From: an uncultured Clostridia bacterium
GTDB lineage: Bacteria; Bacillota; Clostridia; TANB77; CAG-508
Reading direction: 5' to 3'
Length of the DNA stretch: 63,802 nt
NCBI GenBank assembly: GCA_944388695.1
Contig: CALXJT010000003.1
Span: 1-63,802 of the forward strand
Below, one piece after another: positions 10,670 to 20,380 of this stretch (position 1 is the first letter of the stretch; each line of letters starts with the position of its first letter). The notes under the pieces are model-generated. The model saw only the letters and a list, made by a program, of their open reading frames with translations. It was not told the origin of the DNA and searched no databases. Position numbers and translations under genes: made by a program.

Positions 10670-12310
10670 TTAATATTTAAAATCTCCTCCACCTAAAAAT
10701 TCTTTTAATAAAGAATTATTTGGTATATATTCTTTTGGAATCTCCTCAAAATATTTCAATGCATTTATCAGTCTTTGTGCCTCTGCATGCTCTTTGTCTT
10801 CTTTAGAAATTTCTTCTAATAAAGGCATAACAACTGGCTTTAAAGCATTTAACTCATAAATTAATGATGTATTAAATATTACATTTGCACTTTCTTGAAA
10901 TGGAAATATATTTTTTTCTTCTCCCTCGTTAACTTTATTCCATGTTCCTATTGTATGTTTTGCTGTATATCCTCTAAATTGATTATCTCTTACTATTCTA
11001 CGAATTAATCTTGTATCTGTTGTTGAAATTCTATTAAATCTATCTAAATTTAATACTGTCAATGCACTTATATATACCTTATATTTTTGTTCTTTTGATA
11101 TTTTACTTGTTAATTTATCATTTAAGCAATGTATTCCTTCTATTACTAAAATTTCATCTTCAGCCATTCTTGTTTTTTTGCCATTGTATTTTTTAGTTCC
11201 CTCTATAAAGTCAAATTCAGGCATTTCTACTTCTTCTCCATTTAACAATTTTGTTAAGTGGTCATTAAATAAATTTAGGTCAATTGCTTCTATACATTCA
11301 AAATCATATTCTCCATTTTCGTCTCTTGGTGTTTCACTTCTTTCTACGAAATAATTATCTACTGAAATTGTTACAGGTTTTAAACCATTTAATCGTAATT
11401 GAATTCCTAACCTTTGTGCAAATGTTGTTTTTCCTGATGATGATGGACCTGCTATTAATACCATTTTTACTTTTCTATTTTTAGCTATATTATCTGCAAT
11501 ATTTGCTATTTTCTTTTCATGTAATGCTTCTGCTAGTAATATAACATCTTTTATTCGGTTTTCTTCTATTGCTTGATTTAATTTATATACTCTATCCACA
11601 TTTAATATTTTATGTATGTCATCATATTCATCTATTGCCCATGCTAATTTTTTGTTTTCTATGAATTCTGGCATAACTTCTGGATTTTTTGAACTAGGAT
11701 ATCTTATTAAAAATCCATCATTATATTTTTTTATTTCAAATTTCTTTACCATTCCTGTTTTACTTCCTAATGTTCCGTAGCAATAGTTATAATAATCTTC
11801 GCAGTAATATATATATATTTTTTCATTTCCTTCTAAATCTAATTGTAATCTTCCTTTAGATGTCTTGGTCTTTTCAAAAAATTCTGTAGCTTCATCTCTA
11901 TTCATTATAACTTGTTTTATTGGTAAATCTGCTTCAACTATTTTTTCTAACTCTTTTTTCATTTCATCTATCATTTTATGTGTTACTATTTTATTTTCTA
12001 CTTCACAGAACATTGCATTTGACAATTGATATTCTACTTCCATTCTTTCATTTGGATATAACTTTTCAAATGCTTTTCCAAGTAAATATGTTAAAGTTCT
12101 TCTATATACTTTCATTCCTTCTTTTGATGAAGTATCTATTAATTCTATTATTCCATCTTCGTTTATTTGATATTCTAAATTTACATATTCATTATTCCAT
12201 ATTGCTGCTATAACTTCATGTTCACTATTTTTTATTTCATCTTTTAATAATTCACATATAGTTATTGGCTCTTCTTTTGTATAGATTTTATCTTTATATT
12301 GTATTTTCAT
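10670..12310 (-). CDS. uridine/nucleoside kinase family protein with N-terminal TGS/ThrRS-like domains
   Basis: P-loop LIAGPSSSGKTTFAQRL and a uridine-kinase-like C-terminal half. Long N-terminal extension as in the udk-related 550-aa clostridial proteins. Confidence 0.7.
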   Translation of the reverse strand: MKIQYKDKIYTKEEPITICELLKDEIKNSEHEVIAAIWNNEYVNLEYQINEDGIIELIDTSSKEGMKVYRRTLTYLLGKAFEKLYPNERMEVEYQLSNAMFCEVENKIVTHKMIDEMKKELEKIVEADLPIKQVIMNRDEATEFFEKTKTSKGRLQLDLEGNEKIYIYYCEDYYNYCYGTLGSKTGMVKKFEIKKYNDGFLIRYPSSKNPEVMPEFIENKKLAWAIDEYDDIHKILNVDRVYKLNQAIEENRIKDVILLAEALHEKKIANIADNIAKNRKVKMVLIAGPSSSGKTTFAQRLGIQLRLNGLKPVTISVDNYFVERSETPRDENGEYDFECIEAIDLNLFNDHLTKLLNGEEVEMPEFDFIEGTKKYNGKKTRMAEDEILVIEGIHCLNDKLTSKISKEQKYKVYISALTVLNLDRFNRISTTDTRLIRRIVRDNQFRGYTAKHTIGTWNKVNEGEEKNIFPFQESANVIFNTSLIYELNALKPVVMPLLEEISKEDKEHAEAQRLINALKYFEEIPKEYIPNNSLLKEFLGGGDFKY

Positions 12311-12790
12311 ATTTTTATCCTACCTCGTAATATATATTTACAATCAATTTTTGTTTTACATCTTAAAATGATTGCATAAGAAAAAAGATGTGTAATACAT
12401 CTACAGATGTAAAAATATTTGTATTAATTTCTTTCATATTTAAAGCTACTTTTTTATATTACCATATTTTTTTATAAATTCATAGTATATTTTTTAATTT
12501 GCTTATATTTTTTAATTTAGTTATATTTTTTGTTTTATTATATTTCTTAATTTGGTTATATTTTTATTATTTTTCGTTATAATTTTATTTCTTAATTTAG
12601 CTATATCTTTATTATTCTTTTGCTTTAATTTTATTTCTTAATTTAGTTATATTTTTTATTTATTTTTTATTTATTTTTTGTTTTAATTTTTTTTACTTTG
12701 GTTATATGTTTATTTATCTTTTGTTTTAATTATATTTCTCAATTTAGTTATATTTTTCTAAAATTTGGATATACTTTTTAATAAAGAAAA
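12311..12790. repeat. degenerate AT-rich tandem repeat (about 45-bp period, about 8 units around TTAATTTAGTTATATTTTT)
   Basis: The core recurs near 12484, 12505, 12545, 12590, 12635, 12695, 12735 and 12765. The intervening segments also resemble each other. Confidence 0.6.
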
Positions 12791-12807
12791 AGATGGGAGG
12801 AATTTTT

Positions 12808-12990
12808 ATGAATATAAATCGTGTTCATGAAATTTTAGATAATAAGGAAAAATGTGATGTTTTTTATGATGAAAGACCTGTTTGGATTCAAGGAATAAAT
12901 CAACATGTAGCTAAAGTTGGTTTTGTTGATAATTTTGAAGAGAAAGATGTTTATATTGAAGATTTATATGAAAAAGATCTTTATCTTTAA
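12808..12990 (+). CDS. sspH: small acid-soluble spore protein, H type
   Basis: MNINRVHEILDNKEKCDVFYDERPVWIQGIN... matches the SspH family pattern. Start at the ATG at 12808, behind GGGAGG. Confidence 0.75.
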   Translation: MNINRVHEILDNKEKCDVFYDERPVWIQGINQHVAKVGFVDNFEEKDVYIEDLYEKDLYL

Positions 12991-13005
12991 ATCCACGAAT
13001 ATTTG

Positions 13006-13078
13006 GCGAACATTTGGGACACTCCATTTTGTTCGGAAAAAATTTTTCCGAACAAAATGGAGTGTCCCAAATGTTCGC
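13006..13078. repeat. perfect 31-bp-arm palindrome (family B element, full dyad); bidirectional terminator between sspH and glyQS
   Basis: GCGAACATTTGGGACACTCCATTTTGTTCGG (13006-13036) is the exact reverse complement of 13048-13078. The loop is AAAAAATTTTT. Confidence 0.85.
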
Positions 13079-13082
13079 ATTT

Positions 13083-14465
13083 TTAAAATTCAATTTTTTT
13101 AGATATCCAATCTTCTAATTCGTCTATTTTTACTCTTACTTGCTCCATTGTGTCTCTATCTCTTATTGTTACTGAATCATCTTCTAAAGTATCAAAATCT
13201 ATTGTTACACAATATGGTGTTCCTATTTCATCTTCTCTTCTATATCTTTTTCCTATACTTCCTGCTACATCATAATCACACATGAATTTTTTAGATAATT
13301 TTGTATATATTTCTTCTGCTTTATCTGATAATTTTTTTGATAATGGTAATACTGCTACTTTGAATGGTGCTAATGCTGGATGTAAGTGTAGGACAACTCT
13401 TATATCTCCTTCTGCAATTTCTTGTTCTTCATAGCTGTTGCATAAGAATGCTAATGCTGCTCTGTCACATCCTAATGATGGTTCGATGCAATATGGTACA
13501 TATTTTTCGTTTGTCTCTGCATCTAAATATGATAAATCTTGTTTTGAATGTTCCATATGTCTAGATAAATCGTAATCTGTTCTATCTGCAATTCCCCATA
13601 ATTCTCCCCAACCAAAAGGAAATGCAAATTCTATATCTGTTGTAGCTTTACTATAAAATACTAATTCCTCTTTGCTATGATCTCTTAATCTTATATTTTC
13701 TTCCTTCATTCCAAGACTTAATAACCAATTTTTACAGAAGTTTCTCCAGTATTCAAACCATTCTAAATCTTCTCCTGGTTTGCAGAAAAATTCTAATTCC
13801 ATTTGTTCAAATTCACGAGTTCTAAATGTGAAATTTCCTGGAGTAATTTCATTTCTGAATGCTTTTCCTATTTGAGCAATTCCCATAGGCATTTTCTTTC
13901 TTGTTGTTCTTAATACATTTTTGAAGTTTACGAATATACCTTGTGCTGTTTCTGGTCTTAAATATATTTCTGAAGTTGTGTCTTCTGTTACTCCTTGGAA
14001 TGTTTTAAACATTAAATTAAATTTACGTATATCTGTAAAATTTGTTTTTCCACATTTAGGACATGGTATTTTGTTTTCTTTTATAAAATTTATTAATTGC
14101 TCTTCTGTCATACCATCTGCAATCATGTCTTTACCTTGTTCATGTGTCCATTCTTCTATTAATTTATCTGCTCTATGTCTTGTTTTACATTCTTTACAGT
14201 CTATTAATGGATCTGAAAAACCTCCTATATGTCCTGATGCTACCCATGTTTCTGGATTCATTAAAATTGCTGCATCAAGACCTACGTTATGTGGATTTTC
14301 TTGTATGAATTTTTTTCTCCAAGCTGCTTTTATATTATTTTTTAATTCATTTCCAAGTGGACCATAGTCCCAAGTATTTGCTAGACCTCCATAAATTTCT
14401 GACCCTGGATATATATATCCCCTGTTTTTACATAGATTTACTATTGTTTCCATAGATTTTAACAT
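13083..14465 (-). CDS. glyQS: glycine--tRNA ligase (alpha2 type)
   Basis: 460-aa ORF with [25 protein letters not shown]... and class II motifs. AAAGGAGG RBS. A Gly T-box lies upstream. Confidence 0.95.
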   Translation of the reverse strand: MLKSMETIVNLCKNRGYIYPGSEIYGGLANTWDYGPLGNELKNNIKAAWRKKFIQENPHNVGLDAAILMNPETWVASGHIGGFSDPLIDCKECKTRHRADKLIEEWTHEQGKDMIADGMTEEQLINFIKENKIPCPKCGKTNFTDIRKFNLMFKTFQGVTEDTTSEIYLRPETAQGIFVNFKNVLRTTRKKMPMGIAQIGKAFRNEITPGNFTFRTREFEQMELEFFCKPGEDLEWFEYWRNFCKNWLLSLGMKEENIRLRDHSKEELVFYSKATTDIEFAFPFGWGELWGIADRTDYDLSRHMEHSKQDLSYLDAETNEKYVPYCIEPSLGCDRAALAFLCNSYEEQEIAEGDIRVVLHLHPALAPFKVAVLPLSKKLSDKAEEIYTKLSKKFMCDYDVAGSIGKRYRREDEIGTPYCVTIDFDTLEDDSVTIRDRDTMEQVRVKIDELEDWISKKIEF

Positions 14466-14740
14466 ACTAATTCCTCCTTTATTTATATTTTTTATTTATA
14501 ATTTTAATTATATTTTTATTTATATTTATATTTTTAATTATAATTTTAATTTTAATTTTTTGCTTACTTTTATTTATAATATTTTTTTGTTTTGCAAGTT
14601 ATATAATTATATGATTTCCATCTTATTTTAAAATATATTTAAAAAATGTATTTTAAAATCAAATTTTATTTTTATATCTAATCTAATTATATTTTTATAT
14701 CTAATTATATCTGAAATAATAAAATTATGTAGTAAATAAT

Positions 14741-14905
14741 AAAAAACTTCCATCCTAGCTCTAACGCTAGGGACGAAAGTTTTTCCGCGATTCCACCCTA
14801 ATTCCTAAAACTTCTTGTTTTAGACACCTTGATTTTTATATTACTCCAAAGCTCCCCATGCTTATTTATTACAAGTATTTCACCATCACTTGCTCTCTTT
14901 AAATA
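14741..14905 (-). promoter_or_regulatory. T-box leader (glycine type) with terminator
   Basis: Minus strand shows AAAGAGAGCAAGTGATGGTGAAA (Stem I base). T-box sequence AATTAGGGTGGAATCGCGG is the rc of 14785-14803; its UGGA bulge fits a U discriminator. Terminator stem 14747-14779 plus U-run. The specifier (possibly GGA) is not securely placed. Confidence 0.75.
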
Positions 14906-14949
14906 AATGTACAGCGTTTTTTCTTTTTCAACGTAATTATATTTAATTG

Positions 14950-15024
14950 TGGCAGGGGTAGAAGGATTCGAACCCTCACAGGCGGTTTTGGAGACCGATG
15001 TGCTACCATTAACACTATACCCCT
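14950..15024 (-). tRNA. tRNA-Trp (anticodon CCA)
   Basis: Minus strand AGGGGTA-TA-GTGT-TAATGGTA-GCAC-A-TCGGT-CTCCAAA-ACCGC...GAGGG-TTCGAAT-CCTTC-TACCCCT-G-CCA. Anticodon loop CT-CCA-AA. Confidence 0.85.
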
Positions 15025-15037
15025 AAATGACTTTTTT

Positions 15038-15066
15038 ATCTTACCACAATTTTTTTCTTTTGGCAA
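15038..15066 (-). promoter_or_regulatory. sigma-A-type promoter for tRNA-Trp
   Basis: TTGCCA (rc of 15061-15066), 17-nt spacer, TAAGAT (rc of 15038-15043) with TG extension. It sits about 14 nt upstream of the tRNA 5' end. Confidence 0.55.
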
Positions 15067-15400
15067 GTATTTAATCAATTTTTTATTATAAAATTTATTT
15101 TTCTTTTGGAAGTTACTTTTACAACTCACCTAAAATTTATTCTAAAAATTTATTTTATTTTTTTGCTATGTTTTAAGTAGCATGATTAAGATTAAAGATT
15201 ATTAAAATTATCTCATAATTTATGTGCATATTTAACAATATCAAATAAAACTTCAAATTTTATTGTAGAAAAATCTATTCTTGATTTATTTTCTATAAAG
15301 ACTAATATTTGAAATAGGAAAAAAATATTTATTTTAACATACTAAAGAAGATACAGGATATATACTTATATTTTCCTGTATCTTCTATTTGGAATTATGG

Positions 15401-16120
15401 TTAATTATGCGTATCTCTTAAACTTTCATATGCCATATCAGTGATGCTTTTCAACTCCTCAAAAAGTATATCATGCCAAAAATCATAAGTCAGAGTAGCT
15501 AATCTATGATTAAGCAAAAATATTGCTCCAAACTCTCTTAAAAACTTTTCTATTATAAAAGTAGTATTCTGCTCTTCTCGAATTAAGCAATCATGACCTT
15601 CTTTATAATATTTATCTATATTAGACCAAAAGTTTTTATAAAAACATAGATATTCTTCTGATGGAGCTATGAGACTATACAAGAAAATTTTTTCACCAAT
15701 TGTCCATTTTATACTTTGTGGAATAGGTGCTTCATACTTTAAAGATACTAAAATTTTCTTCTCTTGACATTCTAGTCGAAACAAATCTAAAGTGATTCCA
15801 TATTTCAAAATCCACAATCGTTCTGCTGGTGATAATTCTTTGTTAGTACTATTTCTCATAAAAATTGTAACTGAAGATTCTGAAAATAATCTACTTTTAT
15901 AGACTGAATGAGAAGTTAGCTCATAATCGCTAATATTTTCTTCTATAATTTTTACTTTCATACCAAAAAACTCCAATAACCATTTTTCGTTCCAAAGATG
16001 GTCTTTTATGCCACACATTGAAAATACATGACTTATCTTGTTTGAAATTTCTTTCAAATTGGTGGTTTCTGGTTTTAAATTCCGTAATTCCTCTACTAAA
16101 TCATTAATTAATGGATTCAT
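15401..16120 (-). CDS. hypothetical protein (239 aa)
   Basis: Long ORF with GGAGGAAAG RBS; no recognisable domain. Contains an in-frame CGG at codon 13 (16082-16084). Confidence 0.5.
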   Translation of the reverse strand: MNPLINDLVEELRNLKPETTNLKEISNKISHVFSMCGIKDHLWNEKWLLEFFGMKVKIIEENISDYELTSHSVYKSRLFSESSVTIFMRNSTNKELSPAERLWILKYGITLDLFRLECQEKKILVSLKYEAPIPQSIKWTIGEKIFLYSLIAPSEEYLCFYKNFWSNIDKYYKEGHDCLIREEQNTTFIIEKFLREFGAIFLLNHRLATLTYDFWHDILFEELKSITDMAYESLRDTHN

Positions 16121-16303
16121 ATACTTTCCTCCCTAAATTTTTTTCTATATTATCATATTTACATAAAATATTCAAGTACTTTAAGAAGTCTTTCTTTATC
16201 TTCTTATTCATCAACAACTTTTTTCGACATTTTAAGATTTTTTAATGGTCTATTTGTATCCGTCCCCAATTAACCACCTCTCAATTAACCAATAATCAAT
16301 TCT

Positions 16304-16342
16304 AAAATGGTCAATTTGTACCCGTCCCCAATTGACCATTTT
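16304..16342 (-). terminator. family A palindromic element acting as the spoIIIA operon terminator
   Basis: AAAATGGTCAATT (16304-16316) / AATTGACCATTTT (16330-16342), a perfect 13-bp inverted repeat around TGTACCCGTCCCC. It starts 4 nt after the spoIIIAH stop. A degenerate second copy lies at 16244-16276. Confidence 0.7.
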
Positions 16343-16345
16343 CAC

Positions 16346-17050
16346 TTATTTTATTGCGATATGTATATTTTCAATCTCTGCTTTCATTTCTCTTGATATT
16401 ATGTTTTGAATTTGAGCAACTTCTTCTTGACTTAATTCTGTTGCTCCAATTATTGCTGTAATACTGTCTCCATTTACGAATATGACGCTATTTTTAAATC
16501 CTTTTGTTCCTATTAAATTTTCACATATCATAATACTATTTTTTGTGTCATTTATTTTCTTTATTTCTTCTGTTGCAGATTGTTTTTGTGTTTCTAATGA
16601 GTTAGAACTATTTAATACTTTTTCATATGTTTCTATCATTTGAGAATACATTGTATCTCTTTCTAGTTTTGATGTTGTGAAATATTCATCTGAATTACTA
16701 GCATTAGCTAATTCTTCTTTTTCTGTTTCAGTTTCTTCAGTATTTACATTTGTATCTTCTACTATATTACTATCTGTTTGGTTACTATTAGTTGCATTTG
16801 TGTCAGTAGTATTAGATATTGTATTATCTGACGTTGTATTTTGTTCTTCACTCTTATTCTCTATGACATCATTACTATTTACTAATTGTGCATCTCCTAT
16901 ATTAGTATTTTCAGATATTTGTTCTGGGTCTGCATTTGATAATAAACTTTGCATATCATTATTACTTGTATAGTTTAAATATCCTGCCGTTACTAGCATA
17001 AATGCAATAACATAAATTATTATTTGATTCTTTTTAAAAAAATTTAACAT
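16346..17050 (-). CDS. spoIIIAH: stage III sporulation protein AH
   Basis: Last gene of the spoIIIA cluster. N-terminal TM, low-complexity linker, and a C-terminal YscJ/FliF-like region ...GFKNSVIFVNGDSITAIIGATELSQEEVAQIQNII. Confidence 0.85.
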   Translation of the reverse strand: MLNFFKKNQIIIYVIAFMLVTAGYLNYTSNNDMQSLLSNADPEQISENTNIGDAQLVNSNDVIENKSEEQNTTSDNTISNTTDTNATNSNQTDSNIVEDTNVNTEETETEKEELANASNSDEYFTTSKLERDTMYSQMIETYEKVLNSSNSLETQKQSATEEIKKINDTKNSIMICENLIGTKGFKNSVIFVNGDSITAIIGATELSQEEVAQIQNIISREMKAEIENIHIAIK

Positions 17051-17105
17051 TTCTTTTGTTGTATGATATTTTATATCATACGCTCCTTTCCATTTTTATA
17101 ATATT

Positions 17106-17735
17106 TTATTCCATTGTAAATACTTGAATTTTGTGAGTTGCAAGTCCAGTAACAGCTTCTACTGCCTGGATTATACTGGTTCTTATGTTTGCGTCTGTTG
17201 CTCCCTGTGCAGTTATTATTGCACCTTCTATTTTGGGTTCAATCGTTTTTTGAATTATCGGTGTTTTTTCTCCATCATTTTCTTGATATACAATGCTTTT
17301 TTGAGTGTCTGTCTCTTCTATTTTTCTTACTCCTCCTGAAGTATCTGTTTCTTCTGTTGTGCTTGTTTTGGAGTTTTCGTCATACATTGGCATTGTTTGA
17401 CTTGATTCTGAATAATTAATAAATACTTCTACTTCTCCTACTCCTTTTATTTTTTGTAATATTTCTTTTAACTTTATTTCTAACTCATTACTTGTACTGG
17501 CTGTTTCTACTACTTCTTGTGTAGTGTTCTGTGTTGCTAATTGTTTTCCCGATATTTCATTATTATTGCTATTTTCTTTTTTTTCATCACCATTCCATAT
17601 AAAATTGATTGCCAAGATTGTTATAATTAAAATTACTCCAAAAAATATTAGATTTTCTATTTTCTTTTTCTGCTTTTCACTTCCATCTGTATTTTCTTTT
17701 TTTTCAAATACTTTCTTTAACTGATTTCTAAACAT
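17106..17735 (-). CDS. spoIIIAG: stage III sporulation protein AG
   Basis: N-terminal TM. Conserved GVGEVEVFINYSES... and IEGAIITAQGA...IQAVEAVTGLATHKIQVF. Position in the operon fits. Confidence 0.9.
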   Translation of the reverse strand: MFRNQLKKVFEKKENTDGSEKQKKKIENLIFFGVILIITILAINFIWNGDEKKENSNNNEISGKQLATQNTTQEVVETASTSNELEIKLKEILQKIKGVGEVEVFINYSESSQTMPMYDENSKTSTTEETDTSGGVRKIEETDTQKSIVYQENDGEKTPIIQKTIEPKIEGAIITAQGATDANIRTSIIQAVEAVTGLATHKIQVFTME

Positions 17736-18352
17736 TCTTCACTCACCCCATATTCTTCTATTAGAAAATTTCTGATTTCCTTTTTATCTGTATTTGTAAT
17801 ACTTTGTTCACCTTCTTCTTTTTCCTCTTCCTTTTCTCCTATTTCTACTTTTTTTATTTTTTGTATCTCTTCTACCATTTTACTTTCCAAATTTTGATTC
17901 TCTTCTTGATTTTCTACATTCTTCTTTTTTACCTTTAAAACTATTTTATTAATTCCACTATTTTTTTGATTTTCTTTTAACTCTACTTCTACTTTACAAC
18001 TATTTATAATATATCCTTTATTCTCTATTTTTTCTTTAATGTCTTTTTCTAATTCTTCCTTATATATTTGATTTAATCTTTTATCCATTGATGTTTGATC
18101 TATTTCATTTTCTGTTTGTACACTTGAAGTCATTATATCCTCATATATATTCATGTTTTCTAAATCTAAATTTTTAGAATTTTTTACAAATGGTGATATC
18201 ATTGTAAATAGTAAATATACTCCCATTACCATCTTTACATATTTTTTACTTTTATTATTTGGTAATATCATTTCTAATATAGATATAACTATTACTGCTA
18301 GGCAAATGTCTTTTGCCCAATTACTTAAAAATTCTATCATTTTCCACCTCAT
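17717..18352 (-). CDS. spoIIIAF: stage III sporulation protein AF
   Basis: Two N-terminal TM helices and a charged C-terminal domain. Lies between spoIIIAE and spoIIIAG, overlapping AG by 19 nt. Confidence 0.85.
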   Translation of the reverse strand: MRWKMIEFLSNWAKDICLAVIVISILEMILPNNKSKKYVKMVMGVYLLFTMISPFVKNSKNLDLENMNIYEDIMTSSVQTENEIDQTSMDKRLNQIYKEELEKDIKEKIENKGYIINSCKVEVELKENQKNSGINKIVLKVKKKNVENQEENQNLESKMVEEIQKIKKVEIGEKEEEKEEGEQSITNTDKKEIRNFLIEEYGVSEECLEIS

Positions 18353-18389
18353 CTGTAACTTTATTTCTAAAACTATATATGTGTAAATT

Positions 18390-19547
18390 TTATTTATACA
18401 TCATTCCACTATTTGAAATTTTTATTACTAATGTTGTTCCTATTATTAACAAAACAGATATAGATGTTAGTATTGCAAGTAATATTTTGAATATATCTCC
18501 CATTTGATCTAATAACTTTACTATTTTTCCATCTGCTATTGGTTCACATATTCCTGATACCAATTTATAGCATATTGTAAGAACTCCTAATTTTATAATT
18601 GGTATAATACATATTCCTATCATTATAATAACTCCTACAAATCCTACTGCATTTTTTAATATAATTCCACATCCTAAAACACTATCTATAGCATCTCCTA
18701 ATATTTTTCCTACAACTGGTACTGCTGTACTTACAACTGCCTTTGCTGTTTTTGCAGTTATTCCATCTACACTTGATGATAGTGTCCCTTCTAATGATAA
18801 TACACCTACAAATATTGTTAAGATAATTCCTAATGCCCAAATAACTCCAGATTTCATGAAATTAGATATTTGATTTAATTGAATTTTGTCAGAGATTTTA
18901 GAAATGATACAAAATACTGCTATTAATAGTGTTATGGGAATTAAAATTGTTTGCATTAAATTTCCAATTAGGTTTGTCATAAATAATAATATTGGCTGTA
19001 TTATTCCACTTGTGGTTATACTTCCTGTGAATAACATAAGTGATATTAGTATTGGTATTAAACAATTTATAAAACCTACTAGATTATTGGCAGTATCTTT
19101 TACTAGAGTTATGATGTCTGAAAAATTTGCCATTATTATTGTTACTATTGCTATATATTGCACATAATAGATTAACCTTGATATTGTGTCATTTTCTAGG
19201 TTATCACTTATTGATTTAAGTATGCTATGTATAACTATGATTATTACTATACTTAATAATGTTTTTATTCCTGTTTTTACTTCTGTTCCTAGTAAAGAAA
19301 AGATTTTTTTGAAGAATTGTTTATTATCTACTTCACCTGAAATTGCAGAATTCAAAATTTCATTTATATCTATTCCTTCAAAAAATGTCCCTGTATATTT
19401 TTCTGAATTTTTTATAAAACTTTGTATACCAAAATTCTCCATTTGTTCTTGAAATGTTCCTTCCATTTCTTCATCTTCTGCATATACTATATTTTGTGAG
19501 AAAAGGAGTATCACTATGAATAATATTTTTATAATTCTTTTGTGCAT
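18390..19547 (-). CDS. spoIIIAE: stage III sporulation protein AE
   Basis: 385-aa polytopic membrane protein with signal peptide. Order and size match SpoIIIAE. Confidence 0.9.
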   Translation of the reverse strand: MHKRIIKILFIVILLFSQNIVYAEDEEMEGTFQEQMENFGIQSFIKNSEKYTGTFFEGIDINEILNSAISGEVDNKQFFKKIFSLLGTEVKTGIKTLLSIVIIIVIHSILKSISDNLENDTISRLIYYVQYIAIVTIIMANFSDIITLVKDTANNLVGFINCLIPILISLMLFTGSITTSGIIQPILLFMTNLIGNLMQTILIPITLLIAVFCIISKISDKIQLNQISNFMKSGVIWALGIILTIFVGVLSLEGTLSSSVDGITAKTAKAVVSTAVPVVGKILGDAIDSVLGCGIILKNAVGFVGVIIMIGICIIPIIKLGVLTICYKLVSGICEPIADGKIVKLLDQMGDIFKILLAILTSISVLLIIGTTLVIKISNSGMMYK

Positions 19548-19579
19548 TTTCTCTCCTTTCTCTTATATTATATTGATTT

Positions 19580-19969
19580 TTAATTTGGTAGTATTTCTAA
19601 TATAATTTCTAATAGACTAGATAATATCGGAATAGACATTGAAATTATGATTATTTTACTCCCTAATTCAATTTTACTTGCTATTGCCGCTTCTCCAGAA
19701 TCTTTACATATACTGACTGCAAATTCTGATAAAAATGCTATTCCTGTTATTTTTATTAATAATATTATGAAGCTTGTGTTTATTTCGGTTTTATTTACTA
19801 TTGATTGTATTAGCTCTATTATTCCTTCTAGCTTGTCTATTACCAAAGTTAGAATTAATACTCCTGTGAGTAAGCTTATATATACTGCAAATTCTGGTCT
19901 ATATTGTTTTAGCAATATTATGATTATAAGAGCAATTATTGCAATTCCTACAATTTTTATAATTTCCAT
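19580..19969 (-). CDS. spoIIIAD: stage III sporulation protein AD
   Basis: 129-aa four-TM protein. ...AFLSEFAVSICKDSGEAAIASKIELGSKI matches the SpoIIIAD pattern. Confidence 0.9.
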   Translation of the reverse strand: MEIIKIVGIAIIALIIIILLKQYRPEFAVYISLLTGVLILTLVIDKLEGIIELIQSIVNKTEINTSFIILLIKITGIAFLSEFAVSICKDSGEAAIASKIELGSKIIIISMSIPILSSLLEIILEILPN

Positions 19970-20102
19970 TATTGCCTCCTTTTTTGATGTAAAAATTTAA
20001 AGTGCATGTTTAACTGTTATTATTATTTGCTTTTATTTTGCAAGTATATTTGTGGTTGATTTTTATATTATCCTTTTTATAAGATAAATATTTTTATTGG
20101 GT

Positions 20103-20187
20103 AAATATTGTTTTAGCTTAAATATTGTTTTAGCTTAAATATTGTTATAGATTAAATATTGTTATAGATTAAATATTGTTCTAACAG
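20103..20187. repeat. 17-bp tandem repeat x5 seeded from the 3' end of spoIIIAC
   Basis: Units AAATATTGTT(T/A/C)TA(G/A)(C/A)(T/A)(T/G) at 20103, 20120, 20137, 20154 and 20171. The last two overlap the codons for ...RTIFNL-stop. Confidence 0.85.
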
Positions 20188-20356
20188 TATCAAATAAAGT
20201 GCTTATTTCTTTTATTACCATTGTTAAAACTATGATTAATCCTGCCAGAGTTGTCATCATAGCTTGGTCTTCTCTTCCAGCTCTTACTAATACTTGATAT
20301 AGAACAGCAACTAATATTCCTATTGCTGCTATTTTAAATAGTAAATTAATATCCAT
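20162..20356 (-). CDS. spoIIIAC: stage III sporulation protein AC
   Basis: 64-aa two-TM protein, MDINLLFKIAAIGILVAVLYQVL...; position in the operon fits. Confidence 0.9.
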   Translation of the reverse strand: MDINLLFKIAAIGILVAVLYQVLVRAGREDQAMMTTLAGLIIVLTMVIKEISTLFDTVRTIFNL

Positions 20357-20380
20357 TTATTTCATTCCCTTCTATAAGAT

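Noticed and set aside
12311-12790. The regularly spaced TTAATTTAGTTATATTTTT units look superficially like a CRISPR array.
   Set aside because: The units are degenerate, the 'spacers' resemble each other and the repeats, the whole tract is low-complexity AT, and no cas genes or leader are present. It is better described as a tandem minisatellite.
13006-13078. The family B repeat arms CGAACA...TGTTCG resemble half-sites of the Gram-positive LexA (Cheo) box.
   Set aside because: The half-sites are about 17 nt apart rather than 4, and the copies sit downstream of genes rather than at promoters. Not treated as SOS boxes.
12911-13102. Short ORFs 12911..13093 and 12917..13102 (and 50004..50270) with similar peptide strings (FRTKWSVPNVR).
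   Set aside because: The similarity comes from translating copies of the family B palindromic repeat. They have no RBS and overlap terminator structures.
14899-15129. 76-aa ORF on the minus strand.
   Set aside because: It is a translation through the tRNA-Trp gene and its promoter.
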